A stretch of DNA of 63,229 nt, counting the filler, from Chiloscyllium plagiosum (lineage: Eukaryota): assembly GCF_004010195.1 (NCBI RefSeq). It is 5 parts of one record of this genome, joined end to end, with 100 filler letters (N's around TTAATTAATTAA, not from the genome) between each part and the next. Parts side by side here need not be neighbours in the genome. Positions count along the whole stretch, not along the records: positions 58,895 to 63,229 come from NC_057716.1; 4 more parts are not named here. One strand, 5' to 3'. This document shows, one piece after another, positions 62,655 to 63,229 of this stretch. A program made the translations under genes and the position numbers. Below the pieces are notes generated by a model. That model was not told where the DNA came from, ran no database searches, and worked only from the letters and a program-made list of their open reading frames with translations. How positions within the stretch are numbered: position 1 is the stretch's first letter; each line of letters starts with the position of its first letter.

Positions 62655-63229
62655 TGTCATAGAGATGTACAGCATGGAAACAGACCCTTCGGTTCCACCC
62701 GTCCATGCCGACAAGATATCCCAACCCAATCTAGTCCCACCTGCCAGCACCTGGCCCATATCCCTCCAAATCCTTCCTATTCATAGACCCATCGAAATGC
62801 CTCTTAAATGTTGCAATTGTACCAGCCTCCACCACTTCCTCCGGCAGCTCATCCCAAATATGTACCACCCTCTGTGTGATCTTTCCCCTCTCACCCTAAA
62901 CCTATGCCCTCTCGTTCTGGACTCCCCCACCCCAGGGAAAGGACTGCTTATTTACCCTATCCATGTCCTCATCATTTTGTAAACCTCTATAAGGTTACCC
63001 CTCAGACTCCAACACTCCAGGGAAAACAGCCCCAGCCTGTTCAGCCTCTCCTATTAGCTCAAATCCTCCAACCCTGGCAACATGCTTGTAAATCTTTTCT
63101 CAACCCTTTCAAGTTTCACAACATCTTTCTGATAGGAAGGAGACCAGAAATGCACGCAATATTCCAACAGTGGCCTAACCAATGTCCTGTACAGCCGCAA
63201 CATAACCTCCCAACTCCTGTACTCAATAT
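62655..63229 (-). mobile_element. CR1 3' fragment running off the right edge
   Basis: gtcatagagatgtacagcatggaaacagaccc tail. Confidence 0.94.

Overview
Repeat-rich vertebrate DNA, most likely from an elasmobranch. This is inferred from HE1-type tRNA SINEs, abundant CR1 (HER1-like) LINEs and shark-type Penelope elements. There are five scaffold gaps, and almost all listed ORFs are repeat-derived or spurious. Main contents: (1) a 31-bp minisatellite (1-4345); (2) a deleted class III (ERV-L/ERV-S-like) endogenous retrovirus with LTRs, PPT, TSD and an env-anchor remnant (8637-12078); (3) a non-autonomous Gypsy element with a perfect TSD (14686-17972); (4) a + strand gene fragment made of related, duplicated phase-0 Ser-rich exons, three ending SLKSY[K/E] (24096-33575); (5) a spliced - strand gene broken by stops and two exon-splitting CR1 insertions, whose reconstructed product by eye resembles the Mab-21/cGAS-like nucleotidyltransferase fold, with the C-lobe-like exons upstream of the N-lobe-like exons (40781-51560); (6) a CpG-rich, probably bidirectional promoter (~51.7-52.0 kb); (7) many Penelope-derived short elements with minimal hammerhead ribozyme cores, several as TSD-flanked inverted dimers. 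Family assignments rest on visual motif recognition only and need profile searches.
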